A stretch of 64,000 nucleotides of DNA, from the IMG/VR virus record IMGVR_UViG_3300033571_020726, positions 16,739 to 80,738 of that record, one strand, 5' to 3'. This DNA comes from a virus. This document shows, in pieces, positions 52,623 to 62,881 of this stretch. Every line of letters begins with the position of its first letter. Within the stretch, counting starts at the first letter, position 1. The notes under the pieces were generated by a model. The model ran no database searches, was not told the DNA's origin, and saw only the letters and a program-made list of their open reading frames with translations. Made by a program: the position numbers and the translations under genes.

Positions 52623-53003
52623 ATGTCAGATCACAGATGGCCTTCGCCAAATCATAATTACGTACCTGAATTTCAATTAAGTGGAATTCCTTATGCTGAA
52701 ACAAAAACTGTTAATAGCAGTGCAACTGTTACTTTTACATTTAATTCTGTTACAAGATGGATAGCAATTTCATCTGATAAGGATGTACAACTTGGTTTTC
52801 ATGATGATGGCTCAATACATGATTTATATTATTTTACTTGTAAAGCAGGTATGACACAAAGATTTGAATTAAAATGTAAAAAAATAGTTATAAAAAATGC
52901 AACATTAGAGAATGCAAGTGTATCTGTTTTGGCTGGCTTAACAAATGTTGCTGCAACTTCATTTCCTGATCAAAAAAACACTAATGGTTTTATAGTTCAA
53001 TAA
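52623..53003 (+). CDS. Small beta-rich hypothetical virion protein
   Basis: Starts directly after the protease stop; beta-strand-type composition. Confidence 0.55.
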   Translation: MSDHRWPSPNHNYVPEFQLSGIPYAETKTVNSSATVTFTFNSVTRWIAISSDKDVQLGFHDDGSIHDLYYFTCKAGMTQRFELKCKKIVIKNATLENASVSVLAGLTNVAATSFPDQKNTNGFIVQ

Positions 53004-53024
53004 TTATTAAAGAAAGAAATTTAA

Positions 53025-53591
53025 ATGAAATTAGCATATGATGATTTAAAAGAATTAGTAAAAGAAGCATTAGTAGAAATTTTGCAAGAAGGTTTAGGTA
53101 ATATATTATCAAAAAGTAATCAACATTTAAAATATGATGATGAATTTGAAGAAGAAGTGCCTAAACAAAAAATTAAGCAGCAGCAACCACAAAAAAATAG
53201 TCAAAATATGAAATCAGTATCTGCACCATTTAATAAACAGGTACATGAAAATGTTAAAAAACAACCTACATTAACTAGTATGTATGAATCAAAAACATTA
53301 CAAAAAATGGGAAATCATTTTGAAAAACAAAAAAGTAATGAAAATGTTAAAGTTGGGCAAAAAACAATTAAAGCAATGACAGATGATCCGTTAATGGCAT
53401 CTATATTTGCTGATACAGCTCAAACTACTTTACAAGAACAATTGGTTGCTGAATCTAAGGGTGGTGTAAAAACATTTGATAATGCATCTAGAATAATAGC
53501 GAATAATGATCCTTCTGATATTTTTGGTGATGATATTGCAGGTAATTGGGAATCTTTAGCATTTTCAGCAAATGATTTAAAAAACAAATAA
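53025..53591 (+). CDS. Putative prohead core/internal head protein
   Basis: N-terminal DLKELVKEALVEILQE helix shared in pattern with other head-module proteins. Confidence 0.5.
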   Translation: MKLAYDDLKELVKEALVEILQEGLGNILSKSNQHLKYDDEFEEEVPKQKIKQQQPQKNSQNMKSVSAPFNKQVHENVKKQPTLTSMYESKTLQKMGNHFEKQKSNENVKVGQKTIKAMTDDPLMASIFADTAQTTLQEQLVAESKGGVKTFDNASRIIANNDPSDIFGDDIAGNWESLAFSANDLKNK

Positions 53592-53656
53592 TTTTTATAA
53601 TTTAAAATATATATAATTATAAATTATTATTAAAAATACAATAATAGGAGAATAAA

Positions 53657-53932
53657 ATGGCTAGAAGATTAACAGATGATATTTTACGTAAAATGATTGC
53701 AGAAGAAAAGCGTCGTTTAGTAGAAACTTTAGAATTACAATTAAAACATCCTAGTGATGCTCATAAAAGAGCTAGAGAAGTGAAAGCTGATGGATTCGCT
53801 GATACAATTACATCTAAAATTGATCATTATAAGGCGATGAAATTGCAAGAATCAGAATTATTGAAACAATACATGAAATTACGTGAAGCTAGAGCTAGAT
53901 TAAAAGCTCAATTATTAAAAGATCTCAAATAA
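53657..53932 (+). CDS. Small putative prohead core protein
   Basis: ILRKMIAEEKRRLVE leader; AGGAG SD. Confidence 0.55.
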   Translation: MARRLTDDILRKMIAEEKRRLVETLELQLKHPSDAHKRAREVKADGFADTITSKIDHYKAMKLQESELLKQYMKLREARARLKAQLLKDLK

Positions 53933-54000
53933 AATATTTATTTATTTATATTGCCTACATATTTATATTTAAAAACAATTTAAATTGGAGTTAAATTATT

Positions 54001-54825
54001 ATGAAAAAAGGCACATTTGCTATTACACAAAATCAGCAGGCACAAGCTTTTCATGAAATTTTTAAAAATAATGATGGCGGTGTAAGAGGAAGAATAAAAG
54101 GGATTAATAATACACCAAGTTTAGTATCTTTATTTCCTAAATCACCAATGTATGATACAAATCAGTCTTTAGAAAAAGATCGAGGCAAGTTATTTAATGC
54201 AATTGAAGAATATCAAATTGGTTCTGATAAAAAAAATGATGTTGGCAATTTAAAAGGTATTTTGGATGATGATACAGTATATCTTATGTATAAAAACGTA
54301 ATTGATGGTTATGATGCTATTAGTCCTCATGTTACAGAACAAAGTAATACATCAAATAATTATAATTGGTTATATAGAGAACAACCAATGGATATGAATT
54401 TTAATTATTTAAAGCCAAATGGTGCTGGAAGTTTTAGTCCTTCTTCTCCAACTGCAGCTGCTGCACCTGTAGGATCTAATGCACCTATTCCAAATGCGCC
54501 TGACGATAAACCTTTTTGGGGACATGCTAATTTACAAGTTCCATCAGTTAATCCATTAGAAGTTCGTGATGATCATGAAAATAAACCACAATTACAACGA
54601 GGGTCAGGCGGTTTTGGTACATCTAAGGCTGTATCAAATCGAGCATTTGCATCACAAGAAAAAATTGGATCTTATTTTACAAATGCTTATGTAAATAATG
54701 TAAATAATACAGATAGATTTAATATTTGGGCAGGAAAATCAATTGATGATGAAGCAAATGTCACAACAGGTGATAATGCTCCTTATATTGGTGATGTTGA
54801 TAACGATGGTAATCCAAAACAATAA
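54001..54825 (+). CDS. Hypothetical head-module protein
   Basis: Intact ORF; GGAG SD; Pro/Asn-rich. Confidence 0.55.
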   Translation: MKKGTFAITQNQQAQAFHEIFKNNDGGVRGRIKGINNTPSLVSLFPKSPMYDTNQSLEKDRGKLFNAIEEYQIGSDKKNDVGNLKGILDDDTVYLMYKNVIDGYDAISPHVTEQSNTSNNYNWLYREQPMDMNFNYLKPNGAGSFSPSSPTAAAAPVGSNAPIPNAPDDKPFWGHANLQVPSVNPLEVRDDHENKPQLQRGSGGFGTSKAVSNRAFASQEKIGSYFTNAYVNNVNNTDRFNIWAGKSIDDEANVTTGDNAPYIGDVDNDGNPKQ

Positions 54826-54837
54826 TAAGGTGAAAAA

Positions 54838-55578
54838 ATGATTTCAAGTCCTGGTAATAATGCGTCATTATATTTAGGTCATCCTGAACAACCTGTCAAA
54901 AAGCCTGGTATTGGAAAAACATTAAATATGGGTGATATTTATTCTAGCGCTGATGTTGGTGAATTTGATGATAGAGATAATCGTGAGCAAGATGATGTTG
55001 AACATTTAGATGATATTCCTTTTAATTATAAAACGAATTATTCATTAAATCCTAGATTATCGACAGCAAATCAATATGGTTCAGCTACTGCAGGTGGTTT
55101 AGGTTCATATGCAGGTGCAATAGGACAGATTGGTAATAGTGTAAGTGAAAGTATATTGAGAGAATATATTTCAGAAATGATTCTGATTGAAAATTCTATA
55201 GGTAGAATACCTGGTTATAATTACTTAGGTATTGGTAATAGTCAGGTTAAAAATAATTTAGGTTCTAAAAATGTGAAAAGTATAAATATTGTTGGTGGTA
55301 GTATGACTGGTGCTGATAATAATTTTCAAGGGTATAGAAAAACTAAAAGGCGTGGCGACGGTAAAACATTTACTGGTGGTAAAGCTATTGAATTACAAAA
55401 AAATCAAAATGATCCTGAAGGTAGAAATGTTATATCTGATCAGGAAAAATTTGAATCTGGAATCGGTATGTCTACATACGACTTATTTACTAATTGGGCA
55501 GAAGATCAAGACAATATTAATTTAAAAGATAGAAAAAAAGAAGAGAAAAAAATAAAAAATAATTCTTCTAATATTTAA
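54838..55578 (+). CDS. Hypothetical head-module protein
   Basis: AAGGTG SD; internal ESILREYISEMILIE helix. Confidence 0.55.
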   Translation: MISSPGNNASLYLGHPEQPVKKPGIGKTLNMGDIYSSADVGEFDDRDNREQDDVEHLDDIPFNYKTNYSLNPRLSTANQYGSATAGGLGSYAGAIGQIGNSVSESILREYISEMILIENSIGRIPGYNYLGIGNSQVKNNLGSKNVKSINIVGGSMTGADNNFQGYRKTKRRGDGKTFTGGKAIELQKNQNDPEGRNVISDQEKFESGIGMSTYDLFTNWAEDQDNINLKDRKKEEKKIKNNSSNI

Positions 55579-55599
55579 TATAATAAAAAGGTTGAATTT

Positions 55600-56013
55600 A
55601 TGACTGTAATTAAACAAAATTCAATAAAAAAATTAATTAAAGAATCTGTTATTAAAAATTTATTAACAGAAATTAAAAATGATATTGAAAAAGAAGAAAA
55701 AGAAGAAAAAGAAGAATCAAAAAAACAAAATAAATCAAAAAAAGGTTCATGGCGTAAAAACAAGCCAGATCCTTTACATCATTTGAGTGGAAGTAAAAAA
55801 TCTTTTAATTCAACATCTTCTAAAAAAGAAAAATCTATTAAAAAAGATAATGAAAAAAATTTTGAAGAAGATAAAAACGAAGAAATGAAAAAGTATGGTG
55901 AAACATTTGATGATGAAGATTATGAATGTGAAGAAGATTGCGAAGATTGTGATGATTGTAATAAACAAAGATTAAAAGAGCATCAGAAAATATTGGATGA
56001 AATATTTAATTAA
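55600..56013 (+). CDS. Highly charged hypothetical protein
   Basis: IKKLIKESVIKNLLTE leader, Lys/Glu-rich body, CEEDCEDCDDC near the C-terminus. Confidence 0.55.
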   Translation: MTVIKQNSIKKLIKESVIKNLLTEIKNDIEKEEKEEKEESKKQNKSKKGSWRKNKPDPLHHLSGSKKSFNSTSSKKEKSIKKDNEKNFEEDKNEEMKKYGETFDDEDYECEEDCEDCDDCNKQRLKEHQKILDEIFN

Positions 56014-56101
56014 TCTATTTTTAAATAAATAATAAATTTACAAATATATTTAATATTTAATTTATAAATTATATTATTATAATGAGACGAAAGAAGATAA
56101 T

Positions 56102-57952
56102 ATGACAAGTAGTTTATTTAATGAAGCGTTAGATGATGCAAAAGCAATAAAAGCTGCTGCTGAAGAACGTGCAAAACAACAGTTGTTAGAAACAATGTCT
56201 CCTAAGTTAAAGAAAATCGTTGAAAATACAATCAATCAACAAATGGGATTATCAGAAGATGAAAACGAAGCATTTTCTGATGAATATGCTAATGATGAGC
56301 TTAATAAACTATCATTAAATGATTCTGACCATTTTGATGAAGATGAATCTGACATGTATCAAGAATCTGATGATATTGAAGAATGTGGATCAGGAATGTA
56401 TCAAGAATCAGAATTTTCTAATAAAGGTAAAAACTCTAAACAACAAAATGAGGCAAAGGAAGTATTAAGTATTCTTTTAAATAAAGATGTTTTAAAAAGA
56501 AATCTTAAAAACGAAGTAAATAATTTTGAAAAAGATGTAAATAGTCTAAAAAGAATGTTTAATTTACTTGAAAATCATAAGGTAAATGCTCAAACAGTTC
56601 AAAAAGTTGACAAAACATTATTAAAATTAGTTGAAAATTCAAAAAATATCGCAAGTAACGATATAATTAAAAATCAAACAGAAATAAAAAAACAATTTAG
56701 TATATCATTACAGGAGTTAAACCAAATGACAAAACGTAGAAATAATATTTTAGCAGAAAACTATTCATCACTATCTAGAAGATCTAGACGCCTTTTTGAG
56801 GCTGAAGATGAACAAGAAGATGAAGATATGGGTGGTATGGAAGATATGGAAGGTATGGAAGGTATGGGTGGTGATGAAGATGAAGATATGGGCGGTATGG
56901 AAGATATGGGTGGTATGGAAGATATGGGCGATGATTTATCTGGCACAGATGCACAAACATTAAAGGATATTGCTGAAAAAATTGAAAAAATGGTTGGTGG
57001 CGGAATGGGCAGCGATGAAGATATGGAAGGCATGGACGATATGGATGATGAAGATATGGAAGATATGGGCGATATGGGTGATGAAGAAGATGAAGATGAA
57101 GATGAACCTAAAACTGAATGGTCTCGTAGACGTGGTCGTTTGTTTGCAGAATCTGATGATGATTTAGAAGAAAGTGATGATGAAAAATTTGAATATGATC
57201 AAATGTCTGAATCGGATTTCTTTTATGAAGCAGATAAAAAAGGCAAAAAAGGTAAGATCCCTCCTCAATTCTTAAAAGGTAAAAAAGGTAAATCATCTAA
57301 AGAAGAAGAAGATGTAAAGGAATCCCAAAGACGTCGTGGTGATGTTTTCTTAGAAATTGATGAAAACATGCTTAAACGTGAAATTGCCAGAATGAAGAGA
57401 TTACGCGAAGGTGATGCTGAAGATATGGCTTCTCACTTTGGCGGTGGCAAAATTGAAAGAGAAATGTTTGTAGATTCAGATGATGGAGATTTGAATGGTA
57501 ATGTAGGAAATCTTGGAAGTTTCCCTTCAAAGGGTCGATTAAAAGAAGGTCGTTCTTATAATAGTAACAGTGAAACTCGTTTACTCGAAGGAAAAGTTCA
57601 AAAGTACGAAAGAGCATTAACCGGCATGAAAGGTCAATTATCAGAAATGACACTATTCAATGCTAAACTCCTTTATGCGAATAAATTAATGCAAAACAGA
57701 GATCTTACAAATTCTCAACAACGTCATATTGTTGAAAGTTTAGATCAAGCTAAGACACTCAGAGAAGCAAAATTACTTTTTGAAGGTTTAAGTAAGAGCT
57801 TACTCAAGGGAACAGGTCGTTCTGGTTCTCTTAATGAAAGCGCAAATCGCAGAATTACTGGCGGTTCAAGCAGATCAACTTCTAGTGCACAATCATCACA
57901 AAATAGAATTGAAACTGACCGTTGGGCATTATTAGCAGGTATCAAGAAGTAA
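56102..57952 (+). CDS. Prohead scaffolding/core protein (gp22-like role)
   Basis: Directly upstream of the capsid gene; very acidic low-complexity centre, coiled-coil C-terminus ending RWALLAGIKK; many (L/I/V/F)-x-E sites. Confidence 0.75.
   Translation: MTSSLFNEALDDAKAIKAAAEERAKQQLLETMSPKLKKIVENTINQQMGLSEDENEAFSDEYANDELNKLSLNDSDHFDEDESDMYQESDDIEECGSGMYQESEFSNKGKNSKQQNEAKEVLSILLNKDVLKRNLKNEVNNFEKDVNSLKRMFNLLENHKVNAQTVQKVDKTLLKLVENSKNIASNDIIKNQTEIKKQFSISLQELNQMTKRRNNILAENYSSLSRRSRRLFEAEDEQEDEDMGGMEDMEGMEGMGGDEDEDMGGMEDMGGMEDMGDDLSGTDAQTLKDIAEKIEKMVGGGMGSDEDMEGMDDMDDEDMEDMGDMGDEEDEDEDEPKTEWSRRRGRLFAESDDDLEESDDEKFEYDQMSESDFFYEADKKGKKGKIPPQFLKGKKGKSSKEEEDVKESQRRRGDVFLEIDENMLKREIARMKRLREGDAEDMASHFGGGKIEREMFVDSDDGDLNGNVGNLGSFPSKGRLKEGRSYNSNSETRLLEGKVQKYERALTGMKGQLSEMTLFNAKLLYANKLMQNRDLTNSQQRHIVESLDQAKTLREAKLLFEGLSKSLLKGTGRSGSLNESANRRITGGSSRSTSSAQSSQNRIETDRWALLAGIKK
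56712..56728 (+). promoter_or_regulatory. Probable internal RBS and in-frame ATG within scaffold gene
   Basis: AGGAG (56712-56716) then 9 nt then ATG (56726 = Met209). Confidence 0.5.
56804..57106 (+). repeat. Degenerate GAAGATATGG(G/A) repeats encoding an E/D/M/G tract
   Basis: EDMGGMEDMEGMEGMGGDEDEDMGGMEDMGGMEDMG...EDMEGMDDMDDEDMEDMGDMG. Confidence 0.8.
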
Positions 57953-57979
57953 AAAATAATTAGTGAACGAAAAAAAAGA

Positions 57980-58016
57980 TTTAAAACTGATATTAAACAG
58001 TATATTTAGTTTTAAA
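57980..58016 (+). promoter_or_regulatory. Inverted repeat overlapping putative late promoter (TATTTA) of capsid gene
   Basis: TTTAAAACTGA / TTAGTTTTAAA, 11 bp with one G-T pair. Confidence 0.45.
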
Positions 58017-58050
58017 AAGAAAAATCAAATCAGGAGAAATAAAAAAAATT

Positions 58051-59901
58051 ATGTCAAGTTATACATTACAATCATTAACTGAAGGTATCAGACAACGTCA
58101 CGTTGGTACACAAAATAAAAGATTAGTCGAAAAGTGGTCACGTACAGGTCTTCTTAGAGGTCTTGACGATGTAAATCGTGAAAATATGTCTCAACTTTTA
58201 GAAAATCAAGCATCACAACTTCTTCGTGAATCAAATACACTCGGAAGTGATGCTGTTAAAGGTTTCACAAGCATTGCATTCCCAATCGTTCGTCGCGTAT
58301 TCGGTGGTCTAGTAGCTAATGAATTAGTTTCAATTCAACCAATGAGCCTTCCTTCCGGTCTTCTATTTTATCTAGATTATACATACGGTTCAAATGTTGG
58401 TGGTGATCAAAGCAGCACTGCTAATGCAGATGCTACAGCAACATATAAATCTGGTGAATCTATTTATAATAATCCTACTGGAAAAGATATTCAAAAAGGT
58501 TCTTTTGCAAATGGTGGTCAATATGATTTATTAGGTTCAGGTTTTTCAAAAGTGCATAGTTCTGCACCAAATGTTGCAACTACTGTTATTGTTACATCAG
58601 CTGGCGCAAAAGATGCAGCAGGCGCTTTACAAACATTAGATTTAACAAATGCAACAGTACAAAAGTTATTACAATTTGATCAACAAGTGTTAGATTCAGG
58701 AACTGATTGGTCTGGTATATTAATTCCTACTAGTGCTTTAACTGATTTAGATAAAAGTCATGTGAAAGAAATTAATTTACATGGCTTCGCAACTGGAACT
58801 GCTCCTGCTGATTTAACAACAGCGTATCAATCAGGAAAAGCTAAAAATTTACGTAGATTAAATCAATTAGTAAAAGTAGACGGTACTACAATTACACCTG
58901 ATTTCTTTAATCCTAATCACGTTTTATGCATTGTAAAAAAAGCAGCTTGGGATTCATCAGCAGTGGGAGCTAATGTTGATGTTTCTTATGTAAAAGAAGA
59001 ATCAATTAGTATAACAGGTAGTGGTAATCCAGAAACTGTTATCAAACCTGATTTTGAATCAAATTTTGATGGCGATGATGCTGGTAAAATGGGTGGAGCT
59101 GGTATTACACCTGTAATTCCTGAAATTGATATTAAGATTGAGTCAATTCCAGTGACTACCACAACACGTAAGTTAAGAGCTCGTTGGTCACCCGAACTTG
59201 CGCAAGATCTTAATGCATATCATTCATTGGATGCTGAAGTTGAATTAACTCAAATTCTTTCTGAACAAATTGCATTGGAAATTGATCGTGAGATTTTGAA
59301 TGATCTTTTGACACAAGCTCAAGGTGCAAACTTCTTCTGGTCACGTGCTCCTGGTAAGTTTGTGAATAAGAGAACTGGTGCTGAAATTGCTCGTGTATCA
59401 ACATTGACACCTGGACCTGCATTTACTGGTACAGTTCGTGAATGGTATGAAACATTGACTGAAACCATTATTGACGTTGCAAATGAAATTCATAGAAAGA
59501 CATTACGTGGTTCAGCAAACTTTATCGTTGTATCACCTGATGTTGCTACAGTATTGGAAGCATCTGTATTGTATCGTCCTTCATATTCAATTGATGGTGA
59601 TGGTCAAGTTGCAACACCATTTACAATGGGTGCAGAGAAGATTGGTACATTGAGTAATCGTTTTACTGTATATAAGGATCCATATTTCCCAAGAAATAAG
59701 ATTCTTGTTGGTTACAAGGGTGGTAGCTATCTTGAAACTGGGTTTGTATATGCTCCTTATGTTCCATTGATCGTTACTCCTACCATTTTTGCTCCAGAAG
59801 ATTTTACACCTCGTAAGGGCGTAATGACACGTTATGGTAAGAAGATGGTACGTGCAGATTTTTATGGTACAGTAACATGTATGGATATGAATATTATTTA
59901 A
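58051..59901 (+). CDS. gp23: Major capsid protein (T4 gp23-like) with large insertion
   Basis: AFPIVRRVF...VSIQPMSLPSGLLFYL; TRKLRARWSPELAQDLNAYHSLDAEVEL...EIDREI; GYKG...YAPYVPL...FTPRKGVMTRY. Confidence 0.97.
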   Translation: MSSYTLQSLTEGIRQRHVGTQNKRLVEKWSRTGLLRGLDDVNRENMSQLLENQASQLLRESNTLGSDAVKGFTSIAFPIVRRVFGGLVANELVSIQPMSLPSGLLFYLDYTYGSNVGGDQSSTANADATATYKSGESIYNNPTGKDIQKGSFANGGQYDLLGSGFSKVHSSAPNVATTVIVTSAGAKDAAGALQTLDLTNATVQKLLQFDQQVLDSGTDWSGILIPTSALTDLDKSHVKEINLHGFATGTAPADLTTAYQSGKAKNLRRLNQLVKVDGTTITPDFFNPNHVLCIVKKAAWDSSAVGANVDVSYVKEESISITGSGNPETVIKPDFESNFDGDDAGKMGGAGITPVIPEIDIKIESIPVTTTTRKLRARWSPELAQDLNAYHSLDAEVELTQILSEQIALEIDREILNDLLTQAQGANFFWSRAPGKFVNKRTGAEIARVSTLTPGPAFTGTVREWYETLTETIIDVANEIHRKTLRGSANFIVVSPDVATVLEASVLYRPSYSIDGDGQVATPFTMGAEKIGTLSNRFTVYKDPYFPRNKILVGYKGGSYLETGFVYAPYVPLIVTPTIFAPEDFTPRKGVMTRYGKKMVRADFYGTVTCMDMNII

Positions 59902-59938
59902 TATAATAATTTAATTTTTGTATTAAATAGTTAATTAT

Positions 59939-59962
59939 AAAGTCGCGAAAGCGACTTTTTTT
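59939..59962 (+). terminator. Rho-independent terminator after capsid gene
   Basis: AAAGTCGC-GAAA-GCGACTTT stem with GNRA loop followed by a T run. Confidence 0.92.
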
Positions 59963-59975
59963 ATTTTATTTTTGG

Positions 59976-60008
59976 TTTTGTTTAATATTTAATTAATATT
60001 AAACAAAA
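59976..60008 (+). promoter_or_regulatory. Leader inverted repeat, TAATTA at apex
   Basis: TTTTGTTTAATATT / AATATTAAACAAAA, perfect 14 bp, loop TAATT. Confidence 0.55.
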
Positions 60009-60017
60009 AGGTTTTAA

Positions 60018-61502
60018 ATGATAATACAAAGAAAATATTTAAAAAAAATAATCAATAAAAGTTTAAAAGAGACTAGATTTTTTTTATCACACCCTTATGA
60101 AAAATTAAAAGACGAATCAAAGATTGCATTATCAAGATATTGGGTTAACTTTTTTAATTTCTATTTAAGAGATCTTAAAAAAAGAAATGAAGGTAAGCTT
60201 CCACAGCAAAGAAAGGAAGATGAAAATGTTATTGGTATTAAAAGTAATGAAGACTTATATGCTTTTGATATTAGAAATTTTAAATTGTTTAATTTAAATA
60301 TACAATCAGAACTTGATGAATTAACAGATAATCGTGTTGAAGAATATTGTGAAAAAAATAATATTGATTTATCACAAGCTGATTTAAATTTAATTGATAG
60401 AAAAATGAGTGTAATATCTTTTATAAAATTACCAATTAGTATATCTTTGTATTTTTCTGATGTTATGATTGATAAGATGAATAAGGTTTTAAAGGATTCT
60501 TCTATTACTACAATTAGGACTATAGATGAATTAAAATATATATTATCAATTTCAGAATTAGTGAGTAGTGATTCTACTTTATCTGCAGCTAGAATGTCTG
60601 CTGCTGTAGGTTATCCAAGTCAATCATTTGATGATGAAGATTATTTAAATGCAAAACAAAATTCAGATGAAAATATTGTAAAATTTTTAAGAGAGATAGC
60701 TAGTCCAAGTACGTTTATTTCATTTATAGATGCTTATGAATTTAATTTGGATTGGAATGAAGATAGTGAGGATCGTGAAAATGAATATTTACCTCCTAAA
60801 CTTAGTTTAAATCCAAATGCTACATTTGGTACTCCACATGCTATATATGGTTATCCTTTTGATAAGGAAAATTGCGAACTTTTTTTAAGGACAGGTAAAC
60901 CAACATATTCTAAGTTTGCTACAAATAGAAATTATTTCCATTTAATTAAAATAGATTTAAATAATCCACGTGTTATTCTTTTTAAAGCAGATGGTACATG
61001 TAATCATGATATTAATAAAAAAGAGTATTTTAGCAGAATAAAAGAATTACATCGTTTATATAAACTTTTTTATAGGGATATGAGTAAAGATAATGAATAT
61101 ATCGATAAAAGAGATGAAGAACGTGAAATTTTACAAGATAATCTTAATGTTGTATATAGTGAATTTATAGATTTTATGAGAGATGGTATGTTTATTGATG
61201 AATATGCACGTTTAAAAAATAATCCTTTTTATTTATTATATAGATTTGCAGGATATTTATCAAGATTACAAGGTTTAGATGCGTTTGATGAAGCAGCATT
61301 AGAAAGTAATAAAAAAAATAAAGGACATTCAGAATTTTCTGCTTTATTACTACACTCAATTGGTATTGATTGTATTGTTGATAGAGGTTTAGGTATTGTA
61401 CATCGTAATGAACCTTCACAAGCACATATTTTAACATTTAATAATAGCAGTTCAACTATTTATAAATATTTAGGCACATATAAAAATTTTAAGAATAAAT
61501 AA
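60018..61502 (+). CDS. Paralog family member 1; putative head-packaged protein
   Basis: Leader MIIQRKYLKKIINKSLKETRF; core LNPNATFGTPHAIYGYPFDK, FHLIKIDL, GIDCIVDRGLGIVHRNEPSQ. Confidence 0.7.
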   Translation: MIIQRKYLKKIINKSLKETRFFLSHPYEKLKDESKIALSRYWVNFFNFYLRDLKKRNEGKLPQQRKEDENVIGIKSNEDLYAFDIRNFKLFNLNIQSELDELTDNRVEEYCEKNNIDLSQADLNLIDRKMSVISFIKLPISISLYFSDVMIDKMNKVLKDSSITTIRTIDELKYILSISELVSSDSTLSAARMSAAVGYPSQSFDDEDYLNAKQNSDENIVKFLREIASPSTFISFIDAYEFNLDWNEDSEDRENEYLPPKLSLNPNATFGTPHAIYGYPFDKENCELFLRTGKPTYSKFATNRNYFHLIKIDLNNPRVILFKADGTCNHDINKKEYFSRIKELHRLYKLFYRDMSKDNEYIDKRDEEREILQDNLNVVYSEFIDFMRDGMFIDEYARLKNNPFYLLYRFAGYLSRLQGLDAFDEAALESNKKNKGHSEFSALLLHSIGIDCIVDRGLGIVHRNEPSQAHILTFNNSSSTIYKYLGTYKNFKNK

Positions 61503-61544
61503 TTTTATAATTTCCAATATAATTAATAAAAAAAGTGTTTTATT

Positions 61545-62861
61545 ATGATTATATTGGAAAAAGATTTAAAAAAAATTATAAAAAATAAATTATTAGAGAC
61601 AAGATTTCTATTATCTTCAGACTATGAATATTACAATAATAAATATAAAAAATGGCAATTATATTTTACTGATATTTTACCTAGAATTATTTTAAATAAT
61701 ACTGAAGCTATATTTATCGATAATGATCAATTTTATTTAGCAGATTTTAAAAATATTGATATTAAAAAAATAACAACTGATGAATATGAATCAATTTTAA
61801 GAAGTGGTGGTCTAGTTCCAATAAGAATTTATTTACCTACAACATTATTTCAAATATATATGAATAACTTCAGAACAGTTAAAGAAAGTGAATATTTAAA
61901 AACTGGGTCTTATAGACCATCTGATAATACAAAAATACTTGAAATTGAAGATTTATATAAAATATTTGAAAAAATAAAATTAATGTCATCTGATGAGCGT
62001 ATTGATGTTAATTTAAATGCAAGTAATATGTCAAAAAATATAGGTAGTCAATATAATTTTAAAAATTTTAATTCAATAGAAGAAATGCAAGATTATTTAT
62101 ATGATATAGCAGGTCCAGATATTTTTATTACTTTCGCTGATTCTTATAGACTTGATGCAAATGGAAATCCTATAAATCCACAATTTAATTTAAACCCTAA
62201 TGCTACATTTAAAACACCACATGGATTTTATTTTTATCCTTTTGATAAAATTAATGCTAAAGCTTTTATAAATTATGGACAACCAACACGTGCAGAGTTT
62301 GCTGTAGATAGAAATTTTTTTCATTTAGTTAAAGTAGATTTAAGTAATAAAAAAACAATAATTTTTGAAGAAGATGGTACTTGTAATAAAAAAATATCAT
62401 ATGAAAATTACATTAAAAATGTAAAAGAATTAATAAGAGTACATGAAGAATTTTTTAAATTAGAAATAAATCACGAAGAAACTTTTAAAAAATTAAATCT
62501 ATTTATGGAAATGTACCATGGAGATTATGAAAATTTAAATGATGATGATTTTGAATCAGGTATTTATTTAGATAATAATAATTTTGTTTCTAATTTATAT
62601 AAATTTGCTTTTTTTCTATCTTTTAAAGATTTTACAGATATAAACAGAAAATATTTATTTGATGAAGATGATGAAGGAAATGTACCTGAATTATTTTCTT
62701 TGTTATTATATTTAATAGGTATTAGATGTGTTATAGATAGAGGTTTATGTATTATTCATGAAAACGAACCTGAACAGATGCATATTATTACTTTTGGCGA
62801 TGATACATCTTTTTATGAATATATTGGTACATTTGATAATTGGTTTAATGCTTACAATTAA
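61545..62861 (+). CDS. Paralog family member 2; putative head-packaged protein
   Basis: Leader MIILEKDLKKIIKNKLLETRF; core LNPNATFKTPHGFYFYPFDK, FHLVKVDL, GIRCVIDRGLCIIHENEPEQ. Confidence 0.7.
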   Translation: MIILEKDLKKIIKNKLLETRFLLSSDYEYYNNKYKKWQLYFTDILPRIILNNTEAIFIDNDQFYLADFKNIDIKKITTDEYESILRSGGLVPIRIYLPTTLFQIYMNNFRTVKESEYLKTGSYRPSDNTKILEIEDLYKIFEKIKLMSSDERIDVNLNASNMSKNIGSQYNFKNFNSIEEMQDYLYDIAGPDIFITFADSYRLDANGNPINPQFNLNPNATFKTPHGFYFYPFDKINAKAFINYGQPTRAEFAVDRNFFHLVKVDLSNKKTIIFEEDGTCNKKISYENYIKNVKELIRVHEEFFKLEINHEETFKKLNLFMEMYHGDYENLNDDDFESGIYLDNNNFVSNLYKFAFFLSFKDFTDINRKYLFDEDDEGNVPELFSLLLYLIGIRCVIDRGLCIIHENEPEQMHIITFGDDTSFYEYIGTFDNWFNAYN

Positions 62862-62881
62862 ATTTAAATTATAATAATTAA

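Noticed and set aside
56804-57106. Repeats as a CRISPR array
   Set aside because: Short degenerate in-frame coding repeats with no unique spacers.
47483-59901. Inteins, introns or homing endonucleases in terminase, portal or capsid
   Set aside because: Frames are continuous and show no intein termini or LAGLIDADG/HNH/GIY-YIG motifs.
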